This document shows positions 10,746-21,128 of a stretch of DNA of 64,000 nucleotides, one piece after another. The DNA is from Calditrichia bacterium. GTDB lineage: Bacteria > Calditrichota > Calditrichia > JAJRVZ01. The stretch covers positions 704,001 through 768,000 of the forward strand of contig CAWCNS010000007.1 in the NCBI GenBank assembly GCA_963796965.1. Reading direction: 5' to 3'. Both the position numbers and the translations under genes were made by a program. Within the stretch, counting starts at the first letter, position 1. Each line of letters opens with the position of its first letter. A model generated the notes under the pieces. The model was not told the origin of the DNA. It did no database searches and worked only from the letters and a program-made list of their open reading frames with translations.

Positions 10746-10757
10746 AGGGGTGAGGTC
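10746..10757 (-). repeat. Right arm of the 12-bp inverted repeat flanking the IS pair
   Basis: AGGGGTGAGGTC, the reverse complement of 7066-7077. Confidence 0.8.
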
Positions 10758-10839
10758 CGTATCATTAACCTCACTCTGAGATCGCTTTTCTTCACTCCTT
10801 TTTATGCGAAATATTAGGGACAAAGGGTGACTTTGAAAC

Positions 10840-12877
10840 CTAAATTTTTCGATACGTAATCAACAATGAGCCCGGCCTTTCGATAATCTTAACCGTCAGG
10901 CCCTCTTTTAATTCCTGTCCGGACTTTACTGAAGTAGCACCATCATTTTCATAAATCAATTCATACATGACATCGTCATCCAGCCCCTTTAATTTGATAT
11001 GATAAGAGATCTCCTCATTAAAAGGACGCCTGAAAACCAGAACCATACCACTATTTAAATCCTGACGATGATATTGATAGGCCATCAATTTATGTAAGCG
11101 CGTTGTATATTCGGTCAACGGATAAAAATCACCTAGAAAAAAATGACGGATCTTTTTATATTCATCATAAATATACCGCGCCTGGTCTTTTGGAAAATTG
11201 TCGGTATAGAGGTTCCAGCCTGTCACCATTGAACTGGAATAGGTGCTACGAGCCGTATAAATATCAGGCACCGTGCAACCGGTACCATGATAAGGGAAAT
11301 AAAGGGATAATCCATAGGTATGATTCTGCCGCCCCGTGGGCTCCCTATAATTATAATCAGATCGCCATAGCGCCACACTACGGGAAATAGTTTCCAAATC
11401 TAAACGCCTTCCCCCACTGGCGCAATTGTCAATGATCAATCCGGGATGCCTCTCTAATAATTCATCCCAAAAAGCGTACAGACCTTCAATATGGCGAATT
11501 TCGGTCATACCCTGACGATCCGGTGCATCCATACTACGCCAAAAATCCAATGGACGCATATTAAAATCCTGGCGGTAAATCTCTACCCCATTATCTCTAA
11601 TCATTTTAGAAATGAAATCCGTCAGCCATTTCCTGGCTTCAGGAATGCCTAAATTAAAGAGGCCGCTCTCATATTCCGGTTCTTTTCTTATAATCCATTG
11701 GGGATGTTCTTTATCAAGCCAGGTACCGGGCCATACGCGTTCAGGTTCAAACCAGAGGAGAAACTTCATACCCATTTTATTGACAGCCTCTGATACCGGT
11801 TTCAAACCATTTGGGAAATGTTCCTTGCGCATATACCAGTTTCCAACATTCCGATACCAGCCACCCTCATCCCAATCCATACTACCATACCAACCGGCAT
11901 CAATCCACCAGTAATCGGCCTGGAGACCAAATTGCTGATAGCGTTCAGCGAGGGCGATCATGCTATGCTCGGTAGCGAGGGTAAACTCATTAAACATGAA
12001 AGCACCCCCATTACAGGAAAAAGGTCCGTTAATTGGTTTACCATTTTGTTGTGGAGCATGATGAGTTAGAATGAAGCGACGGAAAAGATTATGTCCGCGC
12101 AATCTTTCCTCCCCTTCCCAGAAAAGAAGTAAGATGCGTGGTGTACGAATCTTTTCACCCGGATGAAGTTTGAGATGGGTTTTTTCTAAACCGGCTTTCA
12201 GTAAAACACCTCCCTGTTCCTCTCTTTTTATCAAGGCCTGCCATTGGCCGGACCAGCCAATAGCAACCATGACGCCCTGTGATTCACCCTGGATATTAAA
12301 AAATGGGAATGCTGTCTCATCCGATGAACGCCCCCCTCTTGGCATCAGGACGAGTTTAGAATTCGTTTTGATTTCATCCAGTAGCGGGGCAAAATCATTT
12401 TGACCATGATTACTGCCGAGGGCATGATGCAGCAGATACTTTCCGCCCTCGCCAGCAAATAGCAGGACATCAGCAGCCTGAATGTTTTCAATTATGGGTG
12501 TATCTATCCCGCCTGAATTTTCAAACTCTACAATCCATTCAATTGCGGGGAAATTCGAGAAAGAAGTACCGATACATCTAACAATAAGTTTGGTCTTTGG
12601 ATCTGTATAAGCAAGAATATAGCGGGTTTTATTTTCGTCAATTCTATTTTTCCTAAGATCAGTTTTCCAATTAGAGAAGGAGAGAGGTAGATTTTTTACC
12701 TTCATAGAGAAATGAGAAAAATGGCACTGAACGTTCAGATAAATGTCTGGTAATCCACTCTTTTACCATTTCATTTTCATGTTGAATTATCGATCTTTCA
12801 TCCAACTCTCCACCCATCGTAAAGCTTGATAATATGAATAAATAAATTAATAAAATCCAAGTCAATACTTTTTTCAT
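10840..12877 (-). CDS. GH36-like alpha-galactosidase (melibiase fold); apparent frameshift near 12675
   Basis: WWIDAGWY, FLLWFEPERV, YRQDFN, IDNCASGGRRLDL and LWRSD. The signal-peptide ORF 12671-12877 overlaps in another frame. Confidence 0.85.
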
Positions 12878-12941
12878 TGTATCTCCTTTAATTCAATAAT
12901 GATAACCATTTTGATCTAATCATGTCCCGCTTATAAATGGT

Positions 12942-13090
12942 TGTTGCAGTATAGGTTAAATTGCTTAATTTCGGGTGTAGCAAGGAAATGTCTCCCCCTT
13001 TGAAAGGGGGACTAAGGGGGATGTAATTTACCTGCAAGTTTTGTAAAAACATCCCCCTACCCCCCTTCAAAGGGGGAATTAGATTTTGCT
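12942..13090 (+). repeat. MITE/REP-like element with paired CCCCCTT-N3-AAGGGGG hairpins (copy 2)
   Basis: Homologous to the reverse complement of 222-399, but lacks the 23-nt insert present at 262-284. Confidence 0.8.
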
Positions 13091-13312
13091 TATTCGAATA
13101 GATAAAAATATTCTTCTATTAAAATTGTCTAATCTACACCAGCTCCAGAAAAGGGAGAATTAGATTTCAACATTCTGAAATTGTGCAATTTTTTATAGAT
13201 AGTCTATCGTTTATTTTTCACTCCTATTCCGAAATACCCAGGCTAATCCTTTGCGTCTCTGCGTCTTTGCGAGATATAATATCCAGGCTTTTCTTCATTT
13301 TTCCGCATTTCC

Positions 13313-13867
13313 TCAATTCACAAACTGGAATGAATAGAGTTTACAATCACTCATAAGAAAGCGAAGTCGAACAGACTTTCCCGCTAGTTCACTTACACCA
13401 TCTTTATTTTTCCAGGTAACGGGCATTTTCACTGAATTGCCAACCAGCAATTCAGATTCGCTTTGTGTAAATCCTTTTATGGGTTTACCCGATTCATCCA
13501 AAATTTCGATCTGCAGTGATCCTCCACCCCCGGTATCGAGGTTTACATCCATTCTGCTGCTTCCAAATCGGATCAATCCGGTGGTGATTTCACCGCCGGG
13601 ATAATCAGCATCAGCAGAAACGAAACCATCCAGGCGTAATTTGGCCAAACTTATCCCAGTCATCGCCCCTGTCCGTCTTGGAGGGTTCATGGTAAGGGTT
13701 ACACTTTCGCTCGATTCGATAATCGAATCATCAAGAAATAACTGTTTTTGTGTTCCAATTTCCTTCACCTCTTTTATCGCATCACCCGAACAACCCGATA
13801 ATGCAGATAGTGTCAGCAAGAAAATAATAAAAAATCCTGTTATTTTATTTAAAATTATCATACACAT
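13313..13867 (-). CDS. Lipoprotein resembling the N- and C-termini of a beta-propeller glycoside hydrolase, with the central domain absent
   Basis: LSGC lipobox. KQLFLDD...NPP is joined directly to ISLAKLRLDGFVS...VRLRF...LYSFQF. Confidence 0.6.
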   Translation of the reverse strand: MCMIILNKITGFFIIFLLTLSALSGCSGDAIKEVKEIGTQKQLFLDDSIIESSESVTLTMNPPRRTGAMTGISLAKLRLDGFVSADADYPGGEITTGLIRFGSSRMDVNLDTGGGGSLQIEILDESGKPIKGFTQSESELLVGNSVKMPVTWKNKDGVSELAGKSVRLRFLMSDCKLYSFQFVN

Positions 13868-13958
13868 CCTTTCTTAAAAAGGTTTATGGATACCTGGACT
13901 AATATACGTATCCCTTAATAATGGTAAACGGGTGTTGTGAGGCATTAAATAGAGAGAA

Positions 13959-14852
13959 TTATTCTTTAATGTACTTTAATCCTTTTACTTTCACTTCATT
14001 TGTATAATCTAACAGGGTATTTAGTAATCCAGGATCTTGATAATCAGCAATTCTTCTGTTAATCCAATAGACTGACGTAGAATCAACGCTAGTACCATCT
14101 TCAGATATATCAAAATATTTAGTGGATGATTGCGAATTTATAATTCCATGCCGATCGATGACGAGATCAAAAATGGTTTCGAATCCGAACAGAATATGTT
14201 TTACTCTAACTTCATAGCCAAAATCCGAGCCATATTGATCTTCCCAAACTTTAGTTTCTTTAATATGGAATTCCCTAAAGACCTGGCTGTAGCCCCACGC
14301 ATCACCCTCATTGGCAGGACGATAGATGGATTTTGTGATATTTGGAATTAAATTTCGGGGATAAATGGGAAAATGGCCATATTTTTCAGTCGGCAAAGCG
14401 GTTGTATCAACATTCATCTCAATTTGTGGCTTTAAAAAATCGATTCCAGCATCCACAATTTCACTGCTTTGATAAAATACCCAATCGTTGGTCAGGGAGA
14501 TCAGGAGACGACCCGATTGGGGTGAATCGTACGAGAAAGGGTCCAGAGTTTCATAGGTACCAACCAGATAGGTTGTGTCCTTAGAAATGTAAGTTGAATC
14601 AAAGTAGAAGGATGATACACGGAGGTTGAGAAGGGAATCAGCATCATTCCTAACACTATAATGACCAATGGCGTATATTGCTTTTTTATATAATGGAAAT
14701 TTTATAGACGTGGAGAACGTTGATGCGGTTGGGTTATCGGTACATTTAGTTAAAACAAAAACAACTATTAATACAATTTTTATAATTATAATCTTCTGGA
14801 ATATAGACACTCCATGCTCCAAGTGATGTTTGAATATCCATTTGATTGGCAA
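13959..14852 (-). CDS. Hypothetical lipoprotein
   Basis: 297-aa ORF with a hydrophobic stretch ending LTKC-TDNPT. The true start may be downstream of 14852. Confidence 0.65.
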   Translation of the reverse strand: MPIKWIFKHHLEHGVSIFQKIIIIKIVLIVVFVLTKCTDNPTASTFSTSIKFPLYKKAIYAIGHYSVRNDADSLLNLRVSSFYFDSTYISKDTTYLVGTYETLDPFSYDSPQSGRLLISLTNDWVFYQSSEIVDAGIDFLKPQIEMNVDTTALPTEKYGHFPIYPRNLIPNITKSIYRPANEGDAWGYSQVFREFHIKETKVWEDQYGSDFGYEVRVKHILFGFETIFDLVIDRHGIINSQSSTKYFDISEDGTSVDSTSVYWINRRIADYQDPGLLNTLLDYTNEVKVKGLKYIKE

Positions 14853-14891
14853 AAAATATAACCAAGACTTTATAAGTCTAAGACAAATGTA

Positions 14892-16214
14892 TCAATTCAG
14901 AATAATCTCATTAATTTCACCACCAGATTTAATGATATATAGTTTGCCTTCCTTATAACTTAACCTGTTGTGTAAAGCCCCTGGAATCTTGTAGATATTA
15001 AGAGTGTTCAGATCAGAAAGATTATCAAAGATATATAAATGGAGTTCTTCATCCAAATCTTTTGGTTTATACCTGACTAGTGTATAAACCTTTCCGCCCT
15101 CTTCGACAAGAATATCATAAAATCGAATTGAATCATATTCTCTGGGATCATATTGAAGATTCGGTTTGAGAGTGGTCAATTCTTTTGTCGAAAGAGAGTA
15201 CATCAATAGTTCCATCGCCGATATTGCATGGCTAATCAGGCTGTTACTGGACATATCCCAGGCTAAACTATAAACAGAGAAGCCGCTAGGGACGGGAAGA
15301 CTATCAGTGACTACAGCCTGGCTAATTGAATATTTACGAATCATCCAGGTTGTGGCCTGATCTCCTGAACTCCAAATCCCATCGTCATAGTCATAGACTA
15401 CCCGGGGATCACCCAGAAAGTAATGATTAAACACTCGTTTTTCTGCTTCTGAGATAGGATCATAAGAATAGATGCCTTTTATTGATTTGCCATACCAGTA
15501 TTTTCCATCAGCATAGGCAAAATTTGTCCGAAGTACGGTTGGAAGGTTTATATCACTAACGACTCTTAATTCTGCTCTTTTAAACTTATAAGTGAGTACA
15601 GTATCAACGATATATATATCACCAGCAGCCAACGTTAAATCTTTGAAGTGATAGGAGGCATAATTTTCATCCTCTACTGAAATGTATAGATCATATAATC
15701 CAGGAAATATTAAGTCTATTCTAAAATTACCCTGATTTGTAGTAATGGCGCTTTTATCAGTTCCTAATAGTTGAATAGAGACAAAACTATGATCAGTAGA
15801 ACCCTCAATTATGATTTTTCCCTGAATCGAGGCAAATAACTCGGCATATATGTCACCCCAATCGGGATCAGTACTTGAATAGATACCAATCGTATCCGAA
15901 ACTGATCGCGAGTCACTGCTCCCAACCACAATTAACCGGTACTCGTCTTTGTCAATATTTATAAAACTAAAGTTTCCGCCTGCATCAGTGTTTACCTGAT
16001 AGGCATTTTGATCGTTTACAATTTTTACTAATGTTCCTGAACTGCCAAGATTACTCGCTTTATCTACAATCCGGCCAATGACTGAATTCTTACTAGGAGA
16101 TTCCGGGTCACTATTTGTTGAAGCATCATGACAGCCAAATAAATAAAGCGAGATGAATAAGAGAACAGGAATGATTGTTTTCACTTTCATACTCTTATTC
16201 CTTATCATAATCAT
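14892..16214 (-). CDS. Hypothetical lipoprotein with carboxypeptidase-regulatory-like (prealbumin-fold) domains and a probable C-terminal beta-propeller
   Basis: LFGC lipobox. Repeats GRIVD...TDAGGNFSF and GKIII...TTNQGNFRI, then a beta-rich YSYDP/LAWD region. Confidence 0.65.
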   Translation of the reverse strand: MIMIRNKSMKVKTIIPVLLFISLYLFGCHDASTNSDPESPSKNSVIGRIVDKASNLGSSGTLVKIVNDQNAYQVNTDAGGNFSFINIDKDEYRLIVVGSSDSRSVSDTIGIYSSTDPDWGDIYAELFASIQGKIIIEGSTDHSFVSIQLLGTDKSAITTNQGNFRIDLIFPGLYDLYISVEDENYASYHFKDLTLAAGDIYIVDTVLTYKFKRAELRVVSDINLPTVLRTNFAYADGKYWYGKSIKGIYSYDPISEAEKRVFNHYFLGDPRVVYDYDDGIWSSGDQATTWMIRKYSISQAVVTDSLPVPSGFSVYSLAWDMSSNSLISHAISAMELLMYSLSTKELTTLKPNLQYDPREYDSIRFYDILVEEGGKVYTLVRYKPKDLDEELHLYIFDNLSDLNTLNIYKIPGALHNRLSYKEGKLYIIKSGGEINEIILN

Positions 16215-16575
16215 TTTTTACAATCTGTAGAACAAATATATGACAGTCTGCTGTAGGTGATTGTGCCAATGATACAGACTATTATCGTAAGTTACGACCT
16301 TAGGAATATGCATTTCATATTTAGAAGACAAGATAACTGGATGCTTTTAAATTTGTCTATTACTCCGAAGGAATCCCTTTGGGTGAATTCGCATTGTATA
16401 TTAAATTAAAGGTTTTCTTCCGAAGGAGCCCTATGGACAAAATCCACACTCTAAAATCCAAAATATTAATTTAATATCTTGTGAATCCTGGCGACTTTTT
16501 AGTTCAAATAGTTATTAGATACGATCTAACGATACTGTCTTTCTCAGTTGAAGGGGGTTTCATGTGGATTGTATG

Positions 16576-17988
16576 TTAATGCTGTGCTTTATATTCGCTT
16601 TTGAGGTTATGTAGTGTCGTTTTGAGTTCCTCAATAAGTTCTCTGTTTTCCGGAAAGTTGTACATATTAAATAGTTCGTCCGGATCGATTTCCAGATCAT
16701 AGAGTTCCCACCCCATATCGCCGTACTGAAAATGGATGAGTTTATAACGTTGGGTTCTTATACCCTCATGGGGTCCAATACCATACCCTTCCTCAAAGAA
16801 CTGGTAATACATGGCTTTACGCCATTCTTTCGGGACAGAACCATCCAGCAGAGGTCTGAAACTCTGTCCTTGCATATCTTGTGGAATGGTTATACCAGCA
16901 TAATCCAAAATGGTTGGGGCAAAATCCAAGTTCAATACAATACCATCCGTGGTACTAGCAGATTTGATCTCTTTTGGATATTTAAGCAGAAGAGGCATAC
17001 GTAGAGACTGCTCGTACATAAACCGTTTATCATAGAGGCCATGGTCACCCAGAAAGAATCCCTGATCAGAAGTATAAATAACAAGTGTATTTTTGCTCAT
17101 CCCCGAACCGTCAAGATAATCAAGAACACGACCCACATTATCATCCACAGAAGCGATACAGCGCAGATAATTTTTCATATACTTCTGGTAAACCCATTCC
17201 CTGGTTTCCTGCTCCGACATACCCTCAGGAATTTGTCCAAAACGCTGAAAATGCAGTTCCCATTGTTTTGGCCCTACCTTTAATCGATGTGTATTGATTT
17301 GGGCAGTTCGCGTCTGATAATCATCATTAAAAGTATCGGGAAGGGGTATATCTTTATCTGTATACATGGTTAAATGTTTATCATCAGGCTCCCAGTTAGC
17401 ATGTGGCGCTTTATGATGTAACATTAAAAAGAAGGGTTTTTTAGAGGATTCTTGTTTTTTAAGCCATGTAAGTGCATCATCAGTGATTAGATCGGTTACA
17501 TAACCCTTTAAATCCTGATGAACGCCGTTTTTGATCATCACCGGATCATGATAAAGACCCTGTCCGGGCAAAACATTGCTGTAATCAAATCCTGTCGGTT
17601 CACTCTGGAGGTGCCATTTACCTATAATAGCCGTTTTATAACCCGCTTGTTGCAGAAGTTTTGGTAATGTCTGTTGCGTGCCGTCAAATCGGGTCCGGTT
17701 ATCAAGATGCCCATTGAGATGACTGTATTTTCCAGTTAAGATGACGGCCCTGCTTGGTGCACAAATACTGTTCGTACAAAAACAATTATCAAAACGCATG
17801 CCTTCGTTTGCAAGACGGTCAATATTTGGGGTTGAATTTATTTTACTCCCATAGGCACTTATGGCATGAGAAGCGTGATCATCACTCATAATAAAAAGGA
17901 TGTTGGGACGTTCGCTTGAAGAGGTGCAAGCACTAAATAAAAGGAGTGCAACAACATATACGACCTGCATAACATTCATATTTCTCAT
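16576..17988 (-). CDS. Sulfatase (S1, N-acetylglucosamine-6-sulfatase-like)
   Basis: PNILFIMSDDH, CTNSICAPSRA, GKWHL and YTSDQGFFLGDHGLYDKRFMYE. Confidence 0.92.
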   Translation of the reverse strand: MRNMNVMQVVYVVALLLFSACTSSSERPNILFIMSDDHASHAISAYGSKINSTPNIDRLANEGMRFDNCFCTNSICAPSRAVILTGKYSHLNGHLDNRTRFDGTQQTLPKLLQQAGYKTAIIGKWHLQSEPTGFDYSNVLPGQGLYHDPVMIKNGVHQDLKGYVTDLITDDALTWLKKQESSKKPFFLMLHHKAPHANWEPDDKHLTMYTDKDIPLPDTFNDDYQTRTAQINTHRLKVGPKQWELHFQRFGQIPEGMSEQETREWVYQKYMKNYLRCIASVDDNVGRVLDYLDGSGMSKNTLVIYTSDQGFFLGDHGLYDKRFMYEQSLRMPLLLKYPKEIKSASTTDGIVLNLDFAPTILDYAGITIPQDMQGQSFRPLLDGSVPKEWRKAMYYQFFEEGYGIGPHEGIRTQRYKLIHFQYGDMGWELYDLEIDPDELFNMYNFPENRELIEELKTTLHNLKSEYKAQH

Positions 17989-18162
17989 AGCAACAACCTT
18001 TAAAAGAAAGTCCTATTCTAAAAAATAAGCACAGAATCACATGGATTGACACGACTGTAATAATCTTTAAATCTAATGTATAACCAATAGATATAAGTTA
18101 AATTAATTGAACACTTATGGAATAATGAATCCGTGGAAATTTTGTCTATACGCGGGTGTGCA

Positions 18163-19239
18163 TTATTCCGCATTGTTGATCATATCTTTAACAGGGAGAG
18201 TCACTGGCAAATCAAGCCATGCTAAGCCTATGTTTCTTCTCATGTGGCTGGTACTGTTGCTGCCCGGTGCATCGTAAAACAAAGCCAGTCGTTCGCCAAA
18301 AGGGACAACGGAGGGCAAACCAATGCACTTTTGTGACCATGTGCAATTCTGGCCGTCTAAAACAACAGCCTTGTTCTCCGAATCCCATTTGTTCAGGTCT
18401 TTGCTCCAATATACCCAAATAGCATCCGTATATTCATCACTTTCTATGCCAATATGGTTGGTAAAAAGGAACCATGTCTTGATGCTCTTTTCATAGTACA
18501 GACTGGCATTCTCGATTTGCTCTTCGATTGGTACGAGCGGCTGTGAATCAATAACCCAGGAACCATTCAGATCTTTTGTTCGCACAATACCTAATGTTCG
18601 CTGGACACATGGATTCCCTTCTATTCGTGTGGTTGCGCTGAAAAATTGGATAAACTCATCCCCATTTCTAATCACATGGCCAGGGCTGGCTGTAATAGAA
18701 TAGTAGGTATTTGGTTTTGTTCGGAACGGAATGACATCCTTTTGTTTAATCCATGGTCCTGAGGGACTCTTTCCTTTCGCTTTCATGGTGAGGTATGGGA
18801 ATCCAGGAATCCGATTTGGTGGTTCTGTAGTATTGGGCGTTCCCATATAAAACATATGCCATGCTTTACCGTCATTATAAGTAACACCATAAGAGGCAGA
18901 TTTCGAATCGTCTTCACCGGGGGCCCCTAAATTGAGGATCGGTCCTTTTTTCTCCCAGGTAACCAGGTCTTTACTTACAGCAAGAGCGGAGAGCCATGCT
19001 TGAGGACCTGCCGCATCATAATGCATATAGAAGGTACCTTCAGATTCAAACACCCAGACATCACGGGCACCATAAATGTCACATTGGTTGGGTCCGTCAC
19101 CATAACGAAGTACGATGCCATGATCCTTCGCTTCCATCCTCAGAACAACTTCCGGTCTTCCGTCAATATATTTCTGTGCTGGAGCAAACCCAATAAATGT
19201 AACTAAGATGGGTATAACCATTAAATAACTTAGGCTCAT
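18163..19239 (-). CDS. Secreted five-bladed beta-propeller glycoside hydrolase-like protein (GH43/32/130-type fold)
   Basis: GARDVWV, FYMHYDAAG, repeated SKDL..W blade motifs, IENASLYY and GLPSVV. Confidence 0.7.
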   Translation of the reverse strand: MSLSYLMVIPILVTFIGFAPAQKYIDGRPEVVLRMEAKDHGIVLRYGDGPNQCDIYGARDVWVFESEGTFYMHYDAAGPQAWLSALAVSKDLVTWEKKGPILNLGAPGEDDSKSASYGVTYNDGKAWHMFYMGTPNTTEPPNRIPGFPYLTMKAKGKSPSGPWIKQKDVIPFRTKPNTYYSITASPGHVIRNGDEFIQFFSATTRIEGNPCVQRTLGIVRTKDLNGSWVIDSQPLVPIEEQIENASLYYEKSIKTWFLFTNHIGIESDEYTDAIWVYWSKDLNKWDSENKAVVLDGQNCTWSQKCIGLPSVVPFGERLALFYDAPGSNSTSHMRRNIGLAWLDLPVTLPVKDMINNAE

Positions 19240-19312
19240 CAGGCCTCCTGACCATAGCAGATATTTGAGCGAATAAATGAGTTATTGCGTTTTAATTTAG
19301 TTCAGCAATATG

Positions 19313-19637
19313 CTATTTAACTTCTTCCAATTGGCCAAGTTTTTTCAGATCAATTTTTATACCACCTAATTTAACCGACAATAAATTATAACAGAGAACA
19401 ATGAGCACATTGATTAAGGTACCAAAAACCGCATAAAATACAGGGATAATGATTAAAAAGATGCCACTGAAGAAGGACAACATTCCCATTTCCTCTCCTC
19501 CAAGATCGGGAATTGAATCACCAATAAATGAAAACAATAATCCAAATGGCAGAGTGTAACAGGAGCCCCATTATTAAAAACATTAAAAAGGAATAAAGAG
19601 CTACGGTTGGAAGATCAATTTTCTTTACTTGATACAT
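19313..19637 (-). CDS. Small membrane protein (DUF3566-like); apparent frameshift near 19560
   Basis: ATG 19637 with a GAGG RBS gives MYQVKKIDLPTVA. The downstream frame gives IIPVFYAVFG...YNLLSVKLGGIKI. Confidence 0.6.
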
Positions 19638-19726
19638 TGGGTTACCTCATAATTTAAGTATTATTATCTATTAGGGGGCCACATCTGGTCTAATACACCT
19701 GACTCATTCTATTCGGTTAACATCCT

Positions 19727-20923
19727 TCATCGCCTCTTTTTGGCTCTAATATAAATCACAATTCCAATTAACAGAACAATGATAAGGATAGTGCCAAATG
19801 AGTATACACCGATGCGAAGGAAAAAATTTTCTGACGAATCAGGCTCTGATGACTCCTGGGTTCGGAATTGATCCCCTGCTATAGTAGGCGCTACGGAAAC
19901 AGCAGGATTAAACTTAATCACCCCTTCCCGATATGCCGATAAGGGGCTATTTGAATTCATGCCCTTTTGTACAGCTGGCGTCATGGATAATATTTGTCGC
20001 ATCTCTGATTTTATGAGCGGATTTTCAACATCAAAGCCAAGAATATGAATTAACTTTTCCTGAATTTTCCTCTCCCATCTCAGAGGTATCATTTTACCGA
20101 GCATCACGGAGCGATCTAACCCACATTCACAATCTGCACCGATAATAGCGAGCAGACTGAAGATATTCTCTCTGGTTATTTCTGTGCCCCGGAGAACCGG
20201 CCCGATACGTCTTCCTCTGCTGTAAATAATAGCAATTTGTGGTTCATCCATTACTTCTGTACTAACACCAAGACTCCAGAGCAGAACGGACTCACTGGGA
20301 GATGCTTCTTTTGTAATAGCCAACATTTGGGGAGGTTCTTTCACGGGTTTCGGCATAAGTTTCATTACTTCCAGAATATCTGTAATCGCACCCTTTATGG
20401 CCTGTTTTGCCTCTCGGTTTTTCTCAACATTTATCCCTTCAATCAAGAGAACGCTGCCATAGGTCTCCGAAACCTGATCGACTATCTTATCCCGAAATGG
20501 TGATGAGATTACCTTCTCTATTAATCGCCATAAAGATTCGTTCATATTTTCTTGGTCGTAAGAGAAGGGTATCATAAGCGAATTACCCTCCGGATCTACA
20601 AGAACTGCAGCAGGTATAGAAATATCTTTTTGGGTCCGCAAATACTTCATTGCCGCATGGTCTTTTTGTCGATCTATATGAATGATCTCAGTCTGAACGT
20701 TTGCATCAAGAAAGGCAGCAAAAGCAAGACGTTCGATTGTTGTAACCTTTTCCGAGGAAATTTTATCATCTACATACAGACATAGCTGGTAGGCATTTGA
20801 TCCCAAATCGGTAAATCCAATATCCCGAACGGTATATTTGCAGGCCATTGCAGATGTATATAAAACCAGACTTGAAAGGAGAATACTAATAATCACGTAT
20901 ATTTTTCGAGTTAATATTTTCAT
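19727..20923 (-). CDS. Secreted/membrane-anchored hypothetical protein
   Basis: Signal peptide, ACKYTVRDIGF, IGADCECGLDR, then a C-terminal TM helix with a basic tail (RAKKRR). Confidence 0.75.
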   Translation of the reverse strand: MKILTRKIYVIISILLSSLVLYTSAMACKYTVRDIGFTDLGSNAYQLCLYVDDKISSEKVTTIERLAFAAFLDANVQTEIIHIDRQKDHAAMKYLRTQKDISIPAAVLVDPEGNSLMIPFSYDQENMNESLWRLIEKVISSPFRDKIVDQVSETYGSVLLIEGINVEKNREAKQAIKGAITDILEVMKLMPKPVKEPPQMLAITKEASPSESVLLWSLGVSTEVMDEPQIAIIYSRGRRIGPVLRGTEITRENIFSLLAIIGADCECGLDRSVMLGKMIPLRWERKIQEKLIHILGFDVENPLIKSEMRQILSMTPAVQKGMNSNSPLSAYREGVIKFNPAVSVAPTIAGDQFRTQESSEPDSSENFFLRIGVYSFGTILIIVLLIGIVIYIRAKKRR

Positions 20924-21063
20924 AAATAATTCCTGACAGGTATCCCATTCCTAATTACCAATTGCATATTACGAATTGATGATTCCGATAATTTCATTTT
21001 CCTTTTTGTTGGTTATCTTATGCGCTGGATGTTGAACATTATATATTACAGACCTCAAGAGAA

Positions 21064-21121
21064 AAACCTCCCCCTTAAATCCCCCTCCTTACTAAGGAGG
21101 GGGAACTAGGGGGAGGTAATT
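21064..21121. repeat. ACCTCCCCC...CCTCCTT-N3-AAGGAGGGG...GGGGGAGGT hairpin repeat
   Basis: Homologues at 3378-3432 (inverted) and 37954-38009. It lies just downstream of a stop codon. Confidence 0.8.
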
Positions 21122-21128
21122 TATTAGA

